DNA of 64,000 nucleotides from Podarcis melisellensis (lineage: Eukaryota), in the NCBI GenBank assembly GCA_964234715.1, contig OZ174276.1, one strand, 5' to 3'. Below the pieces are notes generated by a model. The model was given only the letters and a program-made list of their open reading frames with translations. It did not search any database and was not told the DNA's origin. Of this stretch, positions 59,942 to 64,000 are shown one piece after another; position 1 is the first letter of the stretch; every line of letters begins with the position of its first letter. Made by a program: the position numbers and the translations under genes.

Positions 59942-60279
59942 GTGAGCAGCTACAGGGATTTTGGGGTACATTTGCTCCTTTTGGACCTTTCTGGGAGTGC
60001 ACTGTGTGCATGTATCACATCAAGTTCTTCGAAATCTGACTAGGAGCAGCTTCTCCTGCTGTTGCTCAGCGAAACTGAAAAGACTGGGTGCGTTCTTTCT
60101 TGTCTCTACAAAATTATTGATTGTCACACAATATTACCTCATAAAATTGGTACTGAGTGCGAGGAAAATTAAAGGCTCCTTGCTTGGTGTATGGCCCAGT
60201 CTTAGCTATGCTGTTACGTCTCTTGCCTAATGTGGTCTCTCTGCCTTTCTTTTTGACTCTTCCCCGCTCCCAACTCCAG

Positions 60280-60458
60280 CCTCACTTTGGAATGGAACAA
60301 CTTGGGTGTGTGGGAAGAAAGCTTTGCCATTTTCTGCGAGGGCCTTGGCGCCAATGGTCACATCCAGTACCTGGATCTGCGCAATAACCAGATCAACCAC
60401 CAGGGGGCAGGAGAGCTGTCCATGGCGCTGAAAGCCAATTCCAGTCTTCGGGAACTTG
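60280..60458 (+). CDS. LRRC45: LRRC45 exon: [15 protein letters not shown]...[10 protein letters not shown]
   Basis: ctccag|C ... CTTG|gtaaga; ORF 60287-60556. Confidence 0.96.
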
Positions 60459-61671
60459 GTAAGACTCAGATTTACTTCTCTGGGCCACACTTTCAGAATA
60501 AAAATATACTCATGCCACACCAAATCGATCAGCAATACATTGGAAAACACAGCTAGGATTGTCCTTGGTATTACTTGATGCTCTTGCTCTCATTTTAAAA
60601 AGATACATATCCATAGTCTAGAAATAAAAATATATTATGTTGACACTATATTATACCACACTGAAATGTTTAAATCTTCCTTTGATGGTCCTTGAATCTT
60701 CCCTGCCCGGCTACATCAGTGGGGGGTGCCACAGCCTTTGAGAACCACTGCTCTAAGCAGTGAAGCATCTTCCCCTTCTTGTCAGCCCAGTTCCTTTTTC
60801 AGGGAAGCGATGACTGCTCTCCTGGCTTGAGCCTTGGACTCTGCCTACTTCTGAAGGTATCTGCAGGGCATTGCATGGATGTGTCCAACCCCTGTCTGCA
60901 CAGTGACACACTTTCACCCTGGGACCGTTTGACTCCTGCACTGCAGCCACCAGATACTACCGAGCAGCATCCGCAGAATTGGAGGTGGTGCTGAGGCAGC
61001 TGGGCATCTCACTTTGCAGATTTTGATACTCTGTTCAGAAAGATATAAATTTGCCCACTCTTGACCAACCAAGCCAGGGCAAGGGAAGCTTAGAACTGTA
61101 CAGGTGCAGACACGGCCTTAGTGGCCTGTTCTGTGCCTTTTGGCATGAGGCCTTCAGCCATTGAGCTTTATTGGCTGCCTGGCTGGCACCTGAAGCAACG
61201 CATGGCAAAATACTTAAAACTCTACACACACACACACACACACAAACGCAAAGTCTCGCTAGCCTGCAAAGTATCCTTACATAAGCATTTTCAAGTTGAG
61301 CCCTGTGCTTAATTTGGTGCACATGTAAACCCATAGTAATTAATGGGCTTAAGCACCTCTAATTATGCATAGAATTATACTGTTCGTTTCACACACGTAT
61401 ATAATAAAGTATGGATCTGTTCCTTTGCTAAACTTTGCAGCAGTTCAGCAAGCATTTATCTCCCTAGTGCAAAAAAAAGGACATGAAGGGGAATGCCACC
61501 AGAAATTAGCCTCCCAGCCCTTTTCACTGGACCCTCGATGAATTGCAGTTATAGGTAACATCCCCCCCTGCCCAAAGTGGCCTAGTTTCAGCTGCTGGTG
61601 TGTGAAAACTTGGGAAAGCGAGAGCTTGTGTTTAACTGGTGGTCATGTGTGGTGCTTTTCTTCTTACTTAG

Positions 61672-61800
61672 ATCTGCGCTGGAATAACATTGGGCTCTTG
61701 GGGGGCCGTGCACTCCTGAATTGCCTGCATAGCAACCGGGCACTACGACAACTGGAATTGGCTGGGAACAATGTACCCAGTGACATCCTGAAGGCTGTGG
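61672..61800 (+). CDS. LRRC45: LRRC45 exon: [16 protein letters not shown]...[11 protein letters not shown]
   Basis: acttag|AT ... GTGG|gtgagc; ORF 61602-62039. Confidence 0.96.
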
Positions 61801-62173
61801 GTGAGCAGCTGTGCCAACCCTTTACGTGCTTAGAGTTCTACATTCAGCTGTTGCAGCGGGCTGCCCTGTACCCAACGGTCCTGTACAAGAGGTCAACATC
61901 CAGCCTGAGACCAAAGAAGATTTTCAGACAAGCTCGCAGTTCTTTGAAGTTGACAGTACATCCTGGGCTGGGAGGGAGGACAGCACATTTGCTGGGTTTT
62001 TTAAGTTTATATTATGGGCGTCTCAGAGGTAACTGGTAGGCCCCTGTTGAAAACAGAGTGTTTGGTTTACTCCAGCAATGCTCTTTGATGCCAGACGCAC
62101 AGGGAACATACTAACAACAATTGTTGGATTTCACATTTGTGACTCTGGGACAAAACTGACCTTATTGGTCATA

Positions 62174-62278
62174 GGAAGCTGTACGCTGGCTCCCTCAGCC
62201 AATAAAGCGAGATGGCGCCGCAACCCCAGAGTTGTCCACAACTGGACCTAATGGTCAGGGGTCCCTTTACCTTTACCT
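62174..62278 (+). mobile_element. 5'-truncated Sauria SINE
   Basis: Only the 3' ~105 nt plus the ACCTTT tail. Confidence 0.88.
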
Positions 62279-62284
62279 ATATGA

Positions 62285-62478
62285 TTGATTGCATTTATAT
62301 CCCCTTCCCTTTTCTCCCAAGGAGCTCAAGGTGGCAACAGCCTTGTAAGGTAGATTAGGTTGAGAGTTAGTGACTGGCCCAAGGTCACCCATTGAGTTTC
62401 ATGACTGAGTAGAGACTAGAACCCCAGACTCCCAGGTCTGGGTCCAACGTTCTATCGACTACACATCACTGGCTGCTC
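62285..62478 (-). mobile_element. MIR-like SINE (other copies ~12570-12755 on -, ~63390-63540 on +)
   Basis: GTGACTGGCCCAAGGTCACCC core and reverse tRNA-like head (ACTACACATCACTGGC). Confidence 0.7.
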
Positions 62479-62543
62479 ACCCTGAGCAGAATATGTGGTG
62501 AAAAGGTTCATTTATGCTCTTTCTCTCTCTCCCTCTGGCCCAG

Positions 62544-62656
62544 ATCAAGCCATGGAACACAACCAAGAACGTCAAAACATCCTCTGCAAGAGTCGGAGCA
62601 TGACCCAAGTGCTCAGCAAAGAGGTGATAAGCTTGAAGGAGAAGAACTCTAGACAG
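62544..62656 (+). CDS. LRRC45: LRRC45 exon: DQAMEHNQERQNILCKSRSMTQVLSKEVISLKEKNSRQ
   Basis: gcccag|AT ... CAG|gtttgt. Confidence 0.94.
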
Positions 62657-62748
62657 GTTTGTTAGCTTTGCTTGATAGTTTTTTGGGGGTATGTACTACG
62701 GAGCTGTCCTGTCTTCTTCATCCATGGATTCAATCAGGTTCTCTATGG

Positions 62749-62884
62749 CAGTGTTTCCCAACCTTGGGTCTCCAGCTGTTTTTGGACTACAACTCCCATC
62801 ATCCCTAACTAGCAAGACCAGTGGTCAGGGATGATGGGAATTGTAGTCCAAAAGCAGCTGGAGACCCAATGTTGGGAAACACTG
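62749..62884. mobile_element. 136-bp palindromic hAT MITE (same family, different outer arms)
   Basis: CAGTGTTTCCCAAC...GTTGGGAAACACTG; 8-bp TSD CTCTATGG. Confidence 0.93.
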
Positions 62885-63736
62885 CTCTATGGAGTGGAAG
62901 GGTTAATTTGTAATGGTGCTTGATCTTGAGGGCATTGCATTTCTAACCTCACTTTGAGATTCCTCCCAAGTTGCCAGAGGAAGTCGTTCTGATCTACAGA
63001 ACCCTCTCAACTTCAGATGGCAAACTACTTTGAACATACTAGAAATTGAAGAAAGCCTCGACCAGTTTGTTTGGTCTGGTCTAGGGAGGATTGTTACTGT
63101 AAAATCATCTTTCTGGATCCCTGTGGCCTGGTAGAATTGCTGAAGCCAAGAGAAATGGGTAGTGCTCTGTGTAACTCTCAGCCTCCCAGAAATATCATCT
63201 GCACTAGTCCAGCGAAGAAAACTTAATTCCTTAAACTCCCTGAAAGTAATCCATTTGATTAAATGAATCCTTGGTCTTCCTATATATACCTGACAAGACA
63301 CCTGTGGATCTAACCTGTTGCTCTTCAGCATCTTGGTGTTTACCTTCAGCTCTTGTGACTACAGTGATAACATTCCCACAACAAAGAAAGACTTGTGGTC
63401 TTGTGAATAGAGCTTGAGGCTAGGACTGGGGAAACTCAGGTTCAATCCATAAAGCTAATTGGATGAGTTTAGGCCACGCTACCTCTCACCTTAACCTGCT
63501 CCAGAGGATTGTTGTGTAGTTAAAATGCAGGGAGGAGGCATTGTGCATTTCCTAAAGGTCATTAGTAGAAGGGGGGATTAAAAAATCTATAGACATGTTA
63601 ACTGGAGGGCTGGGAAGAAAAGCTGTGGCCTGAGGCTAGAAAAGTTTGACTCTCCCAGTACTCTTGAGTACATTGGCCTGCCTGCTGCTTGAATTTCAAA
63701 CTCAGGTTACTGATTTTATACATATGTGATTTCCAG

Positions 63737-63795
63737 TACCTGGATATGATGGACACCATTGACAAGCAGCGAGAGGTGATGAACCACAGCAGTAG
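63737..63795 (+). CDS. LRRC45: LRRC45 exon: YLDMMDTIDKQREVMNHSS
   Basis: ttccag|TAC ... AGTAG|gtgagt; matches FLDLMETIDKQREEM. Confidence 0.94.
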
Positions 63796-64000
63796 GTGAG
63801 TGGATTGTGAGCTGCAGATTTTTTACCTCCTTGGCTGAGTCCAGACCTTGGTTCCTCAGTGTTGTTTTCAGGTGCTACTAAGGCATTACGCCAATTAGAA
63901 ATGGTAGCATTTCTAATGGTAGCATTTTACTTCGCTTCACTTTGTATGGTACAACCATGACATCTGTGCTGACCCTAATAGGTCTTCTGGACTAGCAGTC

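Larger units (their letters stand above)
57237..63795 (+). other. LRRC45: LRRC45 gene, 5' part. CDS join 57237-57459, 58910-58971, 59871-59941, 60280-60458, 61672-61800, 62544-62656, 63737-63795; continues beyond the window
   Basis: [21 protein letters not shown] start and RI-like LRRs ([42 protein letters not shown]), then the start of the coiled coil; all junctions in phase. Confidence 0.97.

Overview
Eukaryotic (vertebrate) genomic DNA from a squamate reptile, most likely a lacertid lizard, judged from abundant Sauria/Squam1 SINEs with the lacertid-type sequence. It holds three intron-containing genes in the same order as human 17q25.3. First, the 3' part of ASPSCR1/TUG on + (11 coding exons, 758-37001, with one ~18.9 kb intron). 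Second, the complete CENPX/STRA13/MHF2 on - (5 exons, 82 aa, 45822-53162). Third, the 5' part of LRRC45 on + (7 coding exons, 57237-63795, running off the window). All exons were assembled by eye, and GT-AG boundaries and reading phases check out. Exon numbers follow the human gene structure as I recall it. Non-coding DNA is rich in non-autonomous hAT and Tc1/mariner-pogo MITEs, SINEs, CR1 ends and Penelope-like fragments. Most notable observations: (i) an intact minimal type-I hammerhead ribozyme in sense orientation just upstream of ASPSCR1 exon 7; (ii) two separate pairs of ZNF143/THAP11 motifs, suggesting CENPX and LRRC45 each have their own promoter module; (iii) a very abundant palindromic hAT MITE carrying that same motif; (iv) inverted TE pairs bracketing ASPSCR1 exon blocks; (v) TCF/LEF clusters that may be NOTUM enhancers; (vi) GG|N instead of GG|S at the TUG cleavage site. 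There is no prokaryotic-type system or CRISPR array. Most ORFs in the supplied track are spurious.
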